From an uncultured delta proteobacterium (GTDB lineage: Bacteria; Desulfobacterota; Binatia; UBA9968): a stretch of DNA of 64,000 bases. Each line of letters opens with the position of its first letter. Position 1 is the stretch's first letter. The position numbers and the translations under genes are program-made. Positions 13,989-24,149 of this stretch are shown one piece after another. The notes beneath the pieces are model-generated. The model worked only from the letters and a program-made list of their open reading frames with translations, was not told the DNA's origin and did not search any database. The stretch covers positions 206,642 through 270,641 of the forward strand of contig CAVYTU010000012.1 of assembly GCA_963771465.1 (NCBI GenBank), given 5' to 3'.

Positions 13989-14150
13989 GCAATATTACAA
14001 AGGCGCTGGAGCAAGAAACAACCGCTTCCGAGTCACCACTGTGCCTTCAGTGTACCGGGATAAAAGCAAAATGAAAGTGGGGATTTCCGCGATTGCGCTC
14101 GGCAGGGCTCTTGGCTTGATTCCAGGCTCAATGATTCTTAGTCTCTTAGA

Positions 14151-14897
14151 ATGGCAGATCGGGTTCAAAGTCCCAGAGCGGGAAACCAAGCGACGACGGG
14201 AACGAAAATTGGCCACAAAAGATCCCTACTGAAGGGGTTTGCCCTACTTTTTCTGCTGCTAGCGCTACCAGCCGCCTGGCGCTGGACACCGCTCAATCAC
14301 TGGGTGGACTTCGAAAGGGTAGTCGTTTTCCAGGAGGTCGTGCGCAGCCATCCCGCGGCATTTTTATGGGTCCTGGCCATCTACCTCCTAGCAACTGTGG
14401 TGCTTTTTCCTATGACTATGCTGAATGTCGCAACGGTTTTGACGTTTGGCCCATTTCTGGGAAACGCGTATGCGTTGGCAGGTTGGTTGCTCAGTGCGAC
14501 CGTCGGTTACGGCAGCGGCCGCATGCTCGGACAAGAGATGCTTCACAGAATCGTCGGACCCCGGCTCGATCGCCTCATCCAACAGGTCGGACATCACGGT
14601 TTTCTTACCGTGTTAACGATACGTGTCCTCCCGGTAGCGCCCTTTACTCTTGCCAATCTCTTTGTCGGCGCGTCGGGAATTCGTTTTCGTGATTTCTTTT
14701 TAGCCAGTGTGGTCGGCCGAATTCCCGGAATTTTGGTTTTGAGCGTCGCCGGCGTCCATATTGAAAACGCCCTCCGCAAACCCTCGACGGGAAGTTTTAT
14801 TCTACTCGGGCTGGTGTTGATCTTGATTCCCTTGTTGACCGTGTGGCTATCGAAGCGATTCGCCGCGGCTCACAACCGGCGACGGACTTCGACCTAG
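14151..14897 (+). CDS. TVP38/TMEM64 (DedA/VTT) family membrane protein
   Basis: Hydrophobic; IRVLPVAPFTLAN...GIRFRDFFLASVVGRIP. Confidence 0.88.
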   Translation: MADRVQSPRAGNQATTGTKIGHKRSLLKGFALLFLLLALPAAWRWTPLNHWVDFERVVVFQEVVRSHPAAFLWVLAIYLLATVVLFPMTMLNVATVLTFGPFLGNAYALAGWLLSATVGYGSGRMLGQEMLHRIVGPRLDRLIQQVGHHGFLTVLTIRVLPVAPFTLANLFVGASGIRFRDFFLASVVGRIPGILVLSVAGVHIENALRKPSTGSFILLGLVLILIPLLTVWLSKRFAAAHNRRRTST

Positions 14898-14924
14898 TAG
14901 TGAATGCAGGCCTCCAGCGTAGAA

Positions 14925-16190
14925 TCAAAGTAACTCTCTGATCGGAAAAGAGAAGAGCTCGAAGAACTTTTCCTTAAATCCGCGCGAGTCCCACTCCTGG
15001 TAGGATATCTTTTTGGCATGCTTGAGGTCCTCATCAAAAATCTCTTCGAGACGGTGGGCGAAGGCGCTGTCGTAAACGGTAAGATTCAGTTCTTCGTTCA
15101 GAGCGAATGATCGGTTGTCAAAGTTGGTGCTGCCGATGGTTGCCCAAACGCCGTCCACAACCATGGTTTTAGCGTGCATAAGCGCGGGCAAATATTCGAA
15201 AATCTGAACACCCGCGAGCAGCAGCCGGCCGAAGTTGCGACGGCTGGCTCGATAGACAATCTTATGGTCTATCTTATCGGGCACCAACACGGTTACCCGG
15301 ACTCCCCGGGCAGCGGCCTCCAGCAAAACATTGATCATCCGATCGTCGGGGATGAAGTACGGATTGGTGATCAGAATGGATTTTCGCGCTGATGCGATCG
15401 AGATCAAAAAGAGCATGTAGTTTTGAAAGCTGCCGCCGACAGGCGAGCTTTTGACGATTTGCGCCGAAATTTTTCCGCGCGGCTCAAGGCGAGGAAAATA
15501 ATGATCGCCGCCGAGCAGGGCCCCGGTCGCCTCAAGCCAACTCTCCGCAAACGCGCTTTGAAGATTTTTTACGATCGGACCCTCGATCCGCGCATTGGTT
15601 TCCCGCCAATGATCTGCGGTGCGGCCGTCTCCGGTCCAGGCTTCACTGATTCCATACCCGCCGGTGAAGCCGATCCGTCCATCGATCACGAGAATCCGGC
15701 GATGGTTGCGATAGTTGTATCTCAGCAACTTCCAAATGAAGATCACCTGCGGCGCTTCGACCCTGCGAAACAACTCCACCTGACAACCGGCATCGCGCAT
15801 CATGTCGGGAATCTCGGCGGGCGTATTGGTTCCATGGCTATCTAAAAGGATGTTGACGACAACTCCGGCTCGGCAGCGTTCGGCAAATGCCTTCGCCAAC
15901 TCGTAAGCGATCGAGCCGTCTTCGTAGAGGTACTGGGCGAAGGTGATCGTCTGGGTTGCGCCTTTTATGTCACGCAACATGGCTGGGAAGGTTTCATCGC
16001 CATTGAGCAAGATATCGACACGGCTGCCGCCGATGATCGGCGCATCGGTGTGAGCTTCGATGGTGGGGAAAAATGACGGTTCGCCGAGAGTCATGTCGGG
16101 GATTTTGTAGACCGGGAGGACTTTGGCGCAGCTCAATAACAGCAATACTACAAGCAACCAGGTAGCAGGTTTCATAATCGTGAACTCCAC
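14925..16190 (-). CDS. Cardiolipin synthase / phospholipase D family
   Basis: Two PLD motifs: RNHRRILVIDG (K to R variant) and MHAKTMVVDG...GSTNFDNRS; lipoprotein-like LLSC. Confidence 0.9.
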   Translation of the reverse strand: MEFTIMKPATWLLVVLLLLSCAKVLPVYKIPDMTLGEPSFFPTIEAHTDAPIIGGSRVDILLNGDETFPAMLRDIKGATQTITFAQYLYEDGSIAYELAKAFAERCRAGVVVNILLDSHGTNTPAEIPDMMRDAGCQVELFRRVEAPQVIFIWKLLRYNYRNHRRILVIDGRIGFTGGYGISEAWTGDGRTADHWRETNARIEGPIVKNLQSAFAESWLEATGALLGGDHYFPRLEPRGKISAQIVKSSPVGGSFQNYMLFLISIASARKSILITNPYFIPDDRMINVLLEAAARGVRVTVLVPDKIDHKIVYRASRRNFGRLLLAGVQIFEYLPALMHAKTMVVDGVWATIGSTNFDNRSFALNEELNLTVYDSAFAHRLEEIFDEDLKHAKKISYQEWDSRGFKEKFFELFSFPIRELL

Positions 16191-16405
16191 AGTGTTACTA
16201 CTTCACCGACATATTAAAACACATTAAAGAGCTCAATTCAGGACTGGCAAAACTAGCTGGGTCAACACTCAGGCATGACCCTCCTGGTTTTTTGTTCCCT
16301 TGCGAAGCGCCAAATTGATGCAATCGCTCGGTGCAGGCCCGCAGGGTGTTGCATGCTACCCTAAAAAAGAGTCGAGGTGTGAGAACTGAGCAGGGGAAGC
16401 TTCTA

Positions 16406-17194
16406 TCAACTCGCCGCCAGTTGCACAAAGCGCTTTTTCATTTGGTCCATTTGAGTGAGGTAGCGCGGCAGGCTATGAGTGCCGCAAAGCTCGCCCGGCG
16501 CTACGCGAAAGCCGCGGGCGGTGAAGGTTTCTCCTCGTCTCACTCCGCACAGATGAATAACTGCAGCCAGTTGTTGTTTTTGCACCCGGCTGGCCTTTGC
16601 GGGGCGACGAGCCGCCAGAATATCGACCACGCTCTGGTGCAGATAGGCGGAGGTCATTTCAACCGCATGGCTCGGCAGCGTTCGAGTGTAGAAGGCATTG
16701 AACCAGCAGGAACGCGGATCGTCCCACGGGCCTTCGGTCACAACGGTATGATCGCGGATGCAATATTTGCGCATCGCCGCGAAAGTTCCGTCGGTGAGTT
16801 GAAACATGCCGAGCGCGCTCGAGGCCGGGCGATAGATTTCAAACAGGTTCCACGACCATTGCCAGCGCCAGTAGGTGCGCGCAACGGGATTCCCGTCGCT
16901 CTCGAGTTGGGCCAGCGCGGCGAGTAATTCAGGCGGAATAATATTTGTCGAGTACTCCTGGAAAAGCGCACCGTAACTTTGCCAGGTAGCCGCGGGACTT
17001 TTTGATAGGGAGCCGCTAATCGGGGCGAACAGTTCACCAGGCTTCCGGATCACCTGATAGATCAAGTTAAGCGCAAAAAAACCGGCGATCCCAAGAACGC
17101 ACCACCGGACGAATGCTCCTTTCCACTGGAGCTTGGTAGAACGTCTCGACTTTCGCCTGCGATATCGGACGCCGCTATAGACGGTAGCTGTCAC
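16406..17194 (-). CDS. Lytic transglycosylase SLT-domain protein with N-terminal TM segment
   Basis: LLAALAQLESDGNP catalytic Glu, SALGMFQLT. Confidence 0.8.
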   Translation of the reverse strand: MTATVYSGVRYRRRKSRRSTKLQWKGAFVRWCVLGIAGFFALNLIYQVIRKPGELFAPISGSLSKSPAATWQSYGALFQEYSTNIIPPELLAALAQLESDGNPVARTYWRWQWSWNLFEIYRPASSALGMFQLTDGTFAAMRKYCIRDHTVVTEGPWDDPRSCWFNAFYTRTLPSHAVEMTSAYLHQSVVDILAARRPAKASRVQKQQLAAVIHLCGVRRGETFTARGFRVAPGELCGTHSLPRYLTQMDQMKKRFVQLAAS

Positions 17195-17448
17195 GTAGTA
17201 AGATTAGCCCCTCGGACAATTTGCAGCAAGACTGCGTTGGACTCATTGAATGTTAATTTGTCGCCAGGCCCGACCCCACCCCCGCGAGACTTGTCCTCGA
17301 CTATGACTCTGACTAGAGTGAGCTAGGAGTCGCGAGGATTCGACTTCGACAATTCCGTCGTAACCGCCGAGTCGTAAAGGTCTGAATCGGTTGCGCCGGC
17401 GCCGCAATCCAGGATGCAACGCCGGCAATCAACTACGAACGGAAAAGA

Positions 17449-17940
17449 GTGAGTTTTGTGACACCACTCGCCTGTCCAATATGTTCTGCGGAATTCGTAA
17501 AGCGGGTTACCAAATACGGCTTCAAGGAGCGTCTACTGGGTCGAATTGGCGTTTATTCTTTTAGATGCCAGATTTGCCGGCACCGTTTCCGCGCTCTGCA
17601 ACGGAGTATTCGATATCCCAGCAATGAGAAGGATCAACGCGAATACGAACGACTCGCCATGAATTTCCCGATATCCTTTGTCGGGGAAAATATCGCGGGA
17701 GCCGGAGCCGTCTTCGATATTTCCATCAATGGCTGCGGATTTGCCACTGACGTAGCATTAAGCGCGGGAAGCATCATGCGTTTGACGCTGCAAATCTCAA
17801 ACGAGCTAGAGCCGATAACGATCGACGCGGCAGTCGTTCGCTATGTTCAGCACGACCGCATAGGTGTTGAGTTTTTACGGGTTCAACCAGCGGAGCAGGA
17901 ACGGCTGCAAATGCATATCCGCGGCCTTCGGCGCAAGTAA
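17449..17940 (+). CDS. Zinc-ribbon plus PilZ domain protein
   Basis: CPIC...CQIC; REYER (RxxxR) and DISINGC (DxSxxG); IGVEFL. Confidence 0.82.
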   Translation: MSFVTPLACPICSAEFVKRVTKYGFKERLLGRIGVYSFRCQICRHRFRALQRSIRYPSNEKDQREYERLAMNFPISFVGENIAGAGAVFDISINGCGFATDVALSAGSIMRLTLQISNELEPITIDAAVVRYVQHDRIGVEFLRVQPAEQERLQMHIRGLRRK

Positions 17941-18046
17941 GGCCGTGACGGCAATACTCATAGTAACGGGTTCAGCGTCAAACACACCCGACTAGTCGGC
18001 AGGTCGCGACCGGAGTCGTCGGAGTTAAAACACAACACACGTTCTA

Positions 18047-18087
18047 GGGGACAGGCCTTTCAATCTGACAAATCTGAGCCAAGACCC
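18047..18087. repeat. Degenerate REP-like palindrome
   Basis: GGGGACAGGCCTTTCAATCTGACA...CAAGACCC between convergent genes. Confidence 0.35.
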
Positions 18088-18103
18088 TTTTGTTCCCGTT
18101 CCG

Positions 18104-19327
18104 CTAGCCCCATAGTTCTTGGCTCGCCAGCCGCGCTCCTTCGGCCAATGCGTAGAGTTTAGCGAAAGCGAGACTGGCATCGGGGAGATGGCGCAAGCCG
18201 CAATCGGTGCATGCTATGACATTTTCTTTGCCGACAAGTTTGGCGAAACGTACGATGCGCTCGGCGACGAGTTCGGGATGTTCGATAAAGTACGTGGTGT
18301 CGTCGATCACCCCAGGGAAAAGAATTTTGCCGTCGGGCAACCTTATCTCTTGCCAAATCTTCCATTCATGACCATGACGCGGGTTAGCGGATTCGATGGT
18401 GATGCCCGTGACGTTGGCTTTGAGCGCGATATCGATGACGTCGCTCAGCGCGATATCGCGGTGGTGCGGCCCTTGGTAGTTGCCCCAGCAGACATGGATG
18501 CGCACCTGTTCGCGTGGAATCGTCTTCAGCGCATAATTGAGACATTCGACATGTTGTTCCATGACCTTGCGAAATTGCTTAACGCTCAGGTGGGCGTAGT
18601 CCGTGTTGGCGCCGGATGCCAAGTCGGGGCAGTCGAGTTGCAAGACGAATCCGGCATCGATGATGGCTTGGTACTCATGGCGCATGACATCGGCTACTGC
18701 CTGCATGTAAGTCTCTTCGTTGGGATAGAATTCGTTGCGGAAAAAGCGCACGAAGCAGCCGGGCGACAGCGCCGACATAAAGACGTCGTGGGGTTGATTC
18801 GTCGTGACTGCCGCGGCCAGCCGAGCAACGTCGGTTTCCACCGCGGCAAAATCCTCCCAGCCTATGGGACCGGTACAGACATAAGCCATGCCGCCGTTAT
18901 CGTGACCGTTGCTCTGGGCGCGCGCCAGTTCGTGAAACTCGGCGATGTCGGTGCGGTAGTGGCGCGGCGCGCCTTCGATGTCGCGTCGCACGAGTCCGCT
19001 ATCGCGCGGCCGGACAATCCCTTGGGCAACGCTCCACGGTTCAGCGCTCTGTGCCCGTGAGCGCGGTTTTCTTTCCAGACCGCTGACGCGGTGAACGACA
19101 TAATCATTCCACGCGGTTTTGCTGAGCTCGCCGTCGTTGACGATGTCGATGCCGACTTCGATTTGGCGCCGTACCGCCGCGCCGATGGCCGTTGTCAGTG
19201 TGGAATCGATTACTGCCTGATCGTAGGCCTCGCCGCGGCGCTTGGCTACGAAGGCTTGGCGAACCAGCGCCGGCAGTGGCAGGCTGCCGGTATGGGTGGT
19301 GAGAATACGGTCGGTACTGCGCTTCAT
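18104..19327 (-). CDS. Cobalamin-independent methionine synthase II (single-barrel MetE-like) family
   Basis: TTHTGSLP, DGE, LQLDCPD, HVCWGN and TDCG Zn ligands; TTG start. Confidence 0.9.
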   Translation of the reverse strand: MKRSTDRILTTHTGSLPLPALVRQAFVAKRRGEAYDQAVIDSTLTTAIGAAVRRQIEVGIDIVNDGELSKTAWNDYVVHRVSGLERKPRSRAQSAEPWSVAQGIVRPRDSGLVRRDIEGAPRHYRTDIAEFHELARAQSNGHDNGGMAYVCTGPIGWEDFAAVETDVARLAAAVTTNQPHDVFMSALSPGCFVRFFRNEFYPNEETYMQAVADVMRHEYQAIIDAGFVLQLDCPDLASGANTDYAHLSVKQFRKVMEQHVECLNYALKTIPREQVRIHVCWGNYQGPHHRDIALSDVIDIALKANVTGITIESANPRHGHEWKIWQEIRLPDGKILFPGVIDDTTYFIEHPELVAERIVRFAKLVGKENVIACTDCGLRHLPDASLAFAKLYALAEGARLASQELWG

Positions 19328-19537
19328 TGGGAGTTCCTCGCCGTAGATGATGCTACAAGATTATGGACTGAGATGTCATTACTATCTTGCGGAGAAAAGG
19401 AAAAGGGACAGCCCTACGTTGAGGGAGCTTCCAATGACGAAGGGTCGAAGGACTTGACTCATCCCGGGAGCGCGATTAAAAAGTCGTTAGTCACGTCACC
19501 ACGCATTTGCTTCTCAATTGCGGAAAGGAGTCATGTC

Positions 19538-20098
19538 ATGTTTGAAACCGAGCGCTTCATCCAGGATTGTCGCGACGGCCTTCGAGAACAAAACACGCAC
19601 GCCGCGATGCGCGAGATTGTCTCGAGAGCGGTGAGTGAACCCGGCCAGGTTCTCAAGGCGCTGGGAGAGCCAAAGCTTTCGGGTATTCAGACGCTGTACC
19701 GTTCCGATACCTTGACGATTCTCAACGTCCTGTGGGGACCCGGTATGACTTTGTACCCGCATGATCATCGAATGTGGGCCGTGATTGGGATTTATAGCGG
19801 GCGCGAGGACAATTCGTTCTATCACAGGAGCGAAGCTGGTCTCGTTCCCCACGGTGCAAAAACGCTTGGCCTCAAAGAGACCATTCCTCTCGGTGAAGCG
19901 GTTATCCACGCCGTGACTAATCCGCTCGATCAGATCACGGCGGCGATTCACGTCTACGGCGGCGATTTCTTTTCCGTGCCCCGAAGCGAATGGGACCCGC
20001 GGACGTTTCAAGAGCAGCCCTTCGACATCGAGCACGCCCGAGAAGTATTTGCCGAAGCGAACAAACGCCTCGCCTCTTCAGAAATGGGCTCCAGTTAA
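19538..20098 (+). CDS. Cysteine-dioxygenase-like double-stranded beta-helix protein
   Basis: PHDH...WAVIGIYSGRE, IHAVTNP, AIHVYGG; AAGGAG RBS before ATG 19538. Confidence 0.75.
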   Translation: MFETERFIQDCRDGLREQNTHAAMREIVSRAVSEPGQVLKALGEPKLSGIQTLYRSDTLTILNVLWGPGMTLYPHDHRMWAVIGIYSGREDNSFYHRSEAGLVPHGAKTLGLKETIPLGEAVIHAVTNPLDQITAAIHVYGGDFFSVPRSEWDPRTFQEQPFDIEHAREVFAEANKRLASSEMGSS

Positions 20099-20198
20099 CG
20101 CATCACGCCGGCTCTTGTGCAAGCGCTGCCGATACGTTGTCTTCTTCTTGGAAACTGCTGTCGCAGTGAGTATCTCCTAGGCGGAGGTGTATTGCTAA

Positions 20199-21419
20199 AT
20201 GCTCCCTCAAGAACACAACGAGCTTTTGACCAGGACCGCGGCAGCCACTCCCATGGGGAAGCTGATTCGGCGTTACTGGATTCCCGCGCTGTTATCCGAC
20301 GAAATCCCGGAGCCTGATTGCCCGCCGGTGCGGGTTCACATCTTAAGCGAGAGGCTGGTCGCGTTCCGCGACAGTCAGGGACGCGTTGGTTTGTTGGAGG
20401 AGCACTGTTCGCATCGCGGCACGTCGCTATTTTTCGGGCGCAACGAGGAATGCGGCCTCAGGTGCATTTATCACGGCTGGAAATACGACATGGAAGGTAA
20501 CGTGCTCGACACGCCGGCGGAACCGGCCGGTAGCGACTTCAAGAGCAAGCTTAAGCATGTGGCTTATCCGACGATGGAAGCGGCGGGAATCGTCTTTGCC
20601 TACCTGGGGCCGCGGGACAAGATGCCGCTGTTCCCGAACTACGAATGGACGCTGTTGCCGAAGGAGCAGACCTATGTGACCAAGGGTTTATTGGAGTGCA
20701 ATTATTTGCAAGGGCTTGAAGGCGAATGCGATTCCTCGCACCTGTCGTTTTTGCATCGCGAGTTCACCGCTTTGGGCCGCCGCCAACTCTTCGCTTTGGA
20801 CTCTGCGCCCGCGTACGAAACCGAGGAGACCGACTTCGGTGTGCGCTTGATCGCGACGCGCAACGCAGGCCTCGACACCCAGTACGTGCGGGTGTCGAGC
20901 TTCGTCATGCCGATCGCTTGCTGGGTGCCGGCGCGCAACCGGGAGACGCACATTTATGTTCCCGTCGATGATCAACACGCGTGGCGTTACGATCTCGGCT
21001 TTCTGCGCGACCGCAAGCCGACGGTAGAAGATTGGAATCGCAAAAGCCAAATAGGCCCCGACTATCGCCGGCTCCGAAACCTACAAAACAATTATCTCCA
21101 AGATCGCCAGCGTCAGGCGACCACGGATTACACCGGCATCGAAAACTTTCTCAACCATGACGGCTGCGCCACCGAATCCATGGGGCCGATCTTTGATCGC
21201 TCGCAGGAGCACTTGGGCGTGAGCGACAAGGCGGTGATCGCCGTGCGCAAATTCCTGATCAATGCGGTCAAGCAGTTTGAGGAGGGTCAAGAACCGCCGC
21301 ACATCGTGCGCGATCCGGCGCAAAATAGCTTTTCGCACATCGACACGTTCGCGCAAACGATCCCCGCAAGCGTTCACTGGCGCGATCGTTTCGGTCATCT
21401 GAAGTTATCGGCGGCGTGA
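20199..21419 (+). CDS. Rieske non-heme iron oxygenase, alpha subunit (phthalate 4,5-dioxygenase-like)
   Basis: CSHRG...CIYHGW Rieske motif; EGECDSSHLSFLH Fe site; EHLGVSD. Confidence 0.9.
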   Translation: MLPQEHNELLTRTAAATPMGKLIRRYWIPALLSDEIPEPDCPPVRVHILSERLVAFRDSQGRVGLLEEHCSHRGTSLFFGRNEECGLRCIYHGWKYDMEGNVLDTPAEPAGSDFKSKLKHVAYPTMEAAGIVFAYLGPRDKMPLFPNYEWTLLPKEQTYVTKGLLECNYLQGLEGECDSSHLSFLHREFTALGRRQLFALDSAPAYETEETDFGVRLIATRNAGLDTQYVRVSSFVMPIACWVPARNRETHIYVPVDDQHAWRYDLGFLRDRKPTVEDWNRKSQIGPDYRRLRNLQNNYLQDRQRQATTDYTGIENFLNHDGCATESMGPIFDRSQEHLGVSDKAVIAVRKFLINAVKQFEEGQEPPHIVRDPAQNSFSHIDTFAQTIPASVHWRDRFGHLKLSAA

Positions 21420-21436
21420 AGCGGTAGCGCGCGCGA

Positions 21437-22429
21437 TTACACGCCTTCGTCGTAGGGCACTTCGGCGAGCTGATCCATCGCCGATGTCGTGTCGTCGTTC
21501 CACATTTGCAGAAGTTTCTTGGCAATCGGTCCGGGTTTGCCGTCGCCGATCTTTTGTCCGTCCCATTCGACCACCGGCGCGACTTTGATCGAGCTGCCGA
21601 TCAGCATCATCTCGGCTGCGGCGCGCCCTTCGTCGACTGGAACATCGGCGAGGCGCACCGCGTCGAGCACGCCTTGTTGCACGAGCCGCTGGGCGAAATC
21701 GAGAACTCGCTGGACCGTGATCCCCGACAGGATCGCGTCAAAGGGTGGATGGCGGAATACGCGATCTTTGGTGACGAAGGCCACGTTCATGATGGCGCTT
21801 TCCGCTACCATGCCGCGCTGGTCGACAAAAACACCGTTGTCGGCGCCGCGGTCTTTGGCTTCCAACACGACGAGCACGTTGGGCAGATAATTGGTCGACT
21901 TGATGCGGGCGAAGAGCGGCGGCTTGATCGGCACCCGGCTGGTGACGAGCTTGACGCCCTGCTGATAATAACGCTCCGGGTAAGCTTCCGGCTTGAAGAC
22001 GATCACGTAGAAGCTGCTGCCGACGCATTCGGCGGGACCGATACCGTAGCCGCCGGGACCGGCGGATAACCAGTAGCGCACCGAGCCTTCGCGCCGCCGG
22101 CTCGCCGCCGCGGTTGCCAAAATGATCTGGCGCAATTGTTGGCGCGAAAACGGCAACGCAATGCGCGCGCCTTCGGCAGATTTGAGCAAGCGATCCAGGT
22201 GTGGGTCGAGCTGATAGAGCATTCCATGCGTGAGCGCCGCCGTGTCGAAGACCGCGTGGCCGCGGTGCACCATGTGGTCGTCGAGCGGCAACACCATGAA
22301 CGCAGGGTCGGTGACGATGCCGCCAAGGACGCTCGAGTACATCGCATAGAAATTCGCCGCTTTGTCGTGGATGGATCGCCGCAAAGCCGCAATCGCTTCG
22401 TCGGCGGTAAATATCGGGATTGTCGACAT
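21437..22429 (-). CDS. Class IV PLP aminotransferase (D-amino acid transaminase / ADC-lyase-like)
   Basis: DDHMVHRGHAVFDT, KSTNYLPN, ILSGIT, GDGKPGP. Confidence 0.9.
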   Translation of the reverse strand: MSTIPIFTADEAIAALRRSIHDKAANFYAMYSSVLGGIVTDPAFMVLPLDDHMVHRGHAVFDTAALTHGMLYQLDPHLDRLLKSAEGARIALPFSRQQLRQIILATAAASRRREGSVRYWLSAGPGGYGIGPAECVGSSFYVIVFKPEAYPERYYQQGVKLVTSRVPIKPPLFARIKSTNYLPNVLVVLEAKDRGADNGVFVDQRGMVAESAIMNVAFVTKDRVFRHPPFDAILSGITVQRVLDFAQRLVQQGVLDAVRLADVPVDEGRAAAEMMLIGSSIKVAPVVEWDGQKIGDGKPGPIAKKLLQMWNDDTTSAMDQLAEVPYDEGV

Positions 22430-22497
22430 GACTTAATATTCGCTTTCGTCGTGAATTCAGCTCAGCTCCATGGCTTCCGAGCAGCCGATGATTGGTT

Positions 22498-23580
22498 CTA
22501 GTCTCTAATATCCTGCAAAAACCAACTCGTGGGAATCTCCTGTCCAAGCCCACGCTTCTTGGCTTCGCGCACGACGTAGCCGGCGGTGGCGGCGAACTGC
22601 AATCCCTGCGTGCCGCTGTTGGCGAAGAAGCTCACTTGCTTATTGTCGGTGCGGCCGGGAATCTTGCCGGACATCACGTCGGTTAACAGCGGATAGTCTT
22701 TGGAAAAGATGTCGACCTTTGGGTTGGCGATGCGTTTGATCTCTTCGGCGTTGCCGGCGACTACCGCAGCCTCGCCGCCGATGCGAATCTGGCCGACGTC
22801 GAGATTCAAAGTCGGCCGCCCCATGCGAATCACCAGATCTGAGTTCTGGACAATTTCCGGCGCCCACTCGTTGGCCTTGACGCAGGTCAGGTGCATGCCG
22901 GACTCGATCAGTTCGGGGTCGCTGACAAGAACCTGGATCGAATCGGTGCAGGTGGCGACGATATCCGAGCCGCGCAGAACTTCTTCGGGGCGCTCTACCG
23001 GGATGATTTCGACCGCTAATTTCTTGCTCATCTCGTCGGCGTAAGTCTCGCGATGCTTTTTTGTCGGACTGTAGACTTTTACTTTTTTGAGCTTGCGGAC
23101 TTCGTTGAACGCGAGCAGGTAGGTGCGTGCCATGCCGCCCGAGCCGAAGATGCCAACCGTGCTGGAGTCTTCGCGGGAAAGATATTTTACGCCGAGACCG
23201 GCGCAGGCGCCGACGCGCATATGTTGGATGATGCCGTCGTTGATGATTGCCAGCGGCTCGCCGTTGCGGGTGGAGAAAACCATGACAAAGCCACAGAAGG
23301 TGCCGGGCTCGACGCAATATTTTTCCACGGTCTGGCCGTCGGGCCACTCGAGCATGTCTGACTTCATCCGAATCGCGAAGGTTTCGAAGGAACGCGAGGC
23401 GCCTTCCATGGTGCCCCAACGGTACATTAACTTGGGATCGTCGCTGGGGACGAAAAAGTCGTAGCGGCCGCGATAGGAAGCGCGCTCATTGACCAGGTCG
23501 CGATAGCCGATATCGAGCGCTTCGATGCAGCTTTTCATGTCGAGTATCTGCGCGACGACCTGATTGTTGATGAGCAGCAT
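22498..23580 (-). CDS. Ornithine cyclodeaminase / mu-crystallin family protein
   Basis: GIFGSGGMA, VYSPT, DIVATCTDS, SGTQGLQFAA; GGAGG RBS. Confidence 0.85.
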   Translation of the reverse strand: MLLINNQVVAQILDMKSCIEALDIGYRDLVNERASYRGRYDFFVPSDDPKLMYRWGTMEGASRSFETFAIRMKSDMLEWPDGQTVEKYCVEPGTFCGFVMVFSTRNGEPLAIINDGIIQHMRVGACAGLGVKYLSREDSSTVGIFGSGGMARTYLLAFNEVRKLKKVKVYSPTKKHRETYADEMSKKLAVEIIPVERPEEVLRGSDIVATCTDSIQVLVSDPELIESGMHLTCVKANEWAPEIVQNSDLVIRMGRPTLNLDVGQIRIGGEAAVVAGNAEEIKRIANPKVDIFSKDYPLLTDVMSGKIPGRTDNKQVSFFANSGTQGLQFAATAGYVVREAKKRGLGQEIPTSWFLQDIRD

Positions 23581-23705
23581 GACTTGCCTCCAGAAAATCG
23601 GGCTGCCAAATCTATTTCGTAGACGCCCGTCGAATGCAAGCGGTGAAAATAAAAAGCGCCGCACGGTGGCGGCGCTGGCGCTGCAACAATTCTAAAATGG
23701 GCGGT

Positions 23706-24149
23706 TTAACTATCCAGCTCGGGTTTCGGCAAGGCGACGAAGGGCACGCCGTCCTCGGCAAGCTCTTTGGTCTCTTTGACCGTTGCCGTGCCGTGAATCG
23801 GCCGCTCGGCGGCGTCGCCTTTGTGAATCTGGCGCGCTTCTTCGGCGAATCGTGGGCCGACATCTTCGAAGTTCTGCTTGACGTAATGGTGTACCTGAAT
23901 CAGCATTTCTTTAAATTCCGCCGCGGTCGGCGGCGCCGCAGGGGTTTGCTTGGGTTTTTTCGCAGGCGGCGTGGCCTGCTCTTTCTTTACATGCACAGCG
24001 CATGCGTGGGGCACTTTTTCGACTTTGGTAGTGCCGCAGCTCGGACAGGAGATGAGTTTCTTGTCGGCCTGCTTCTGATAATCTTCGAAACTGGGAAACC
24101 AGCCTTCGAAGCTATGCTTCTTTCTACAGACGAGGTTGTAAATCACCAT
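23706..24149 (-). CDS. DUF1178 family protein
   Basis: C...HSFEGWF, CPSCG, EDVGPRFAEEARQIH...PIHG. Confidence 0.88.
   Translation of the reverse strand: MVIYNLVCRKKHSFEGWFPSFEDYQKQADKKLISCPSCGTTKVEKVPHACAVHVKKEQATPPAKKPKQTPAAPPTAAEFKEMLIQVHHYVKQNFEDVGPRFAEEARQIHKGDAAERPIHGTATVKETKELAEDGVPFVALPKPELDS

Noticed and set aside
16240-16300. c-di-GMP-I riboswitch (GGCAAAAC)
   Set aside because: No GNRA-capped stem or GACGCAAA follows, and no gene lies downstream on that strand.
17280-17350. GACT-rich imperfect hairpin before the PilZ gene
   Set aside because: Weak pairing, single copy and no recognisable motif.
18119-19060. Long antisense ORFs (also 4746-5672, 59670-61178, and the 5' parts of 39818-40750 and 61733-62686)
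   Set aside because: Shadow frames of well-supported genes, expected in GC-rich DNA.
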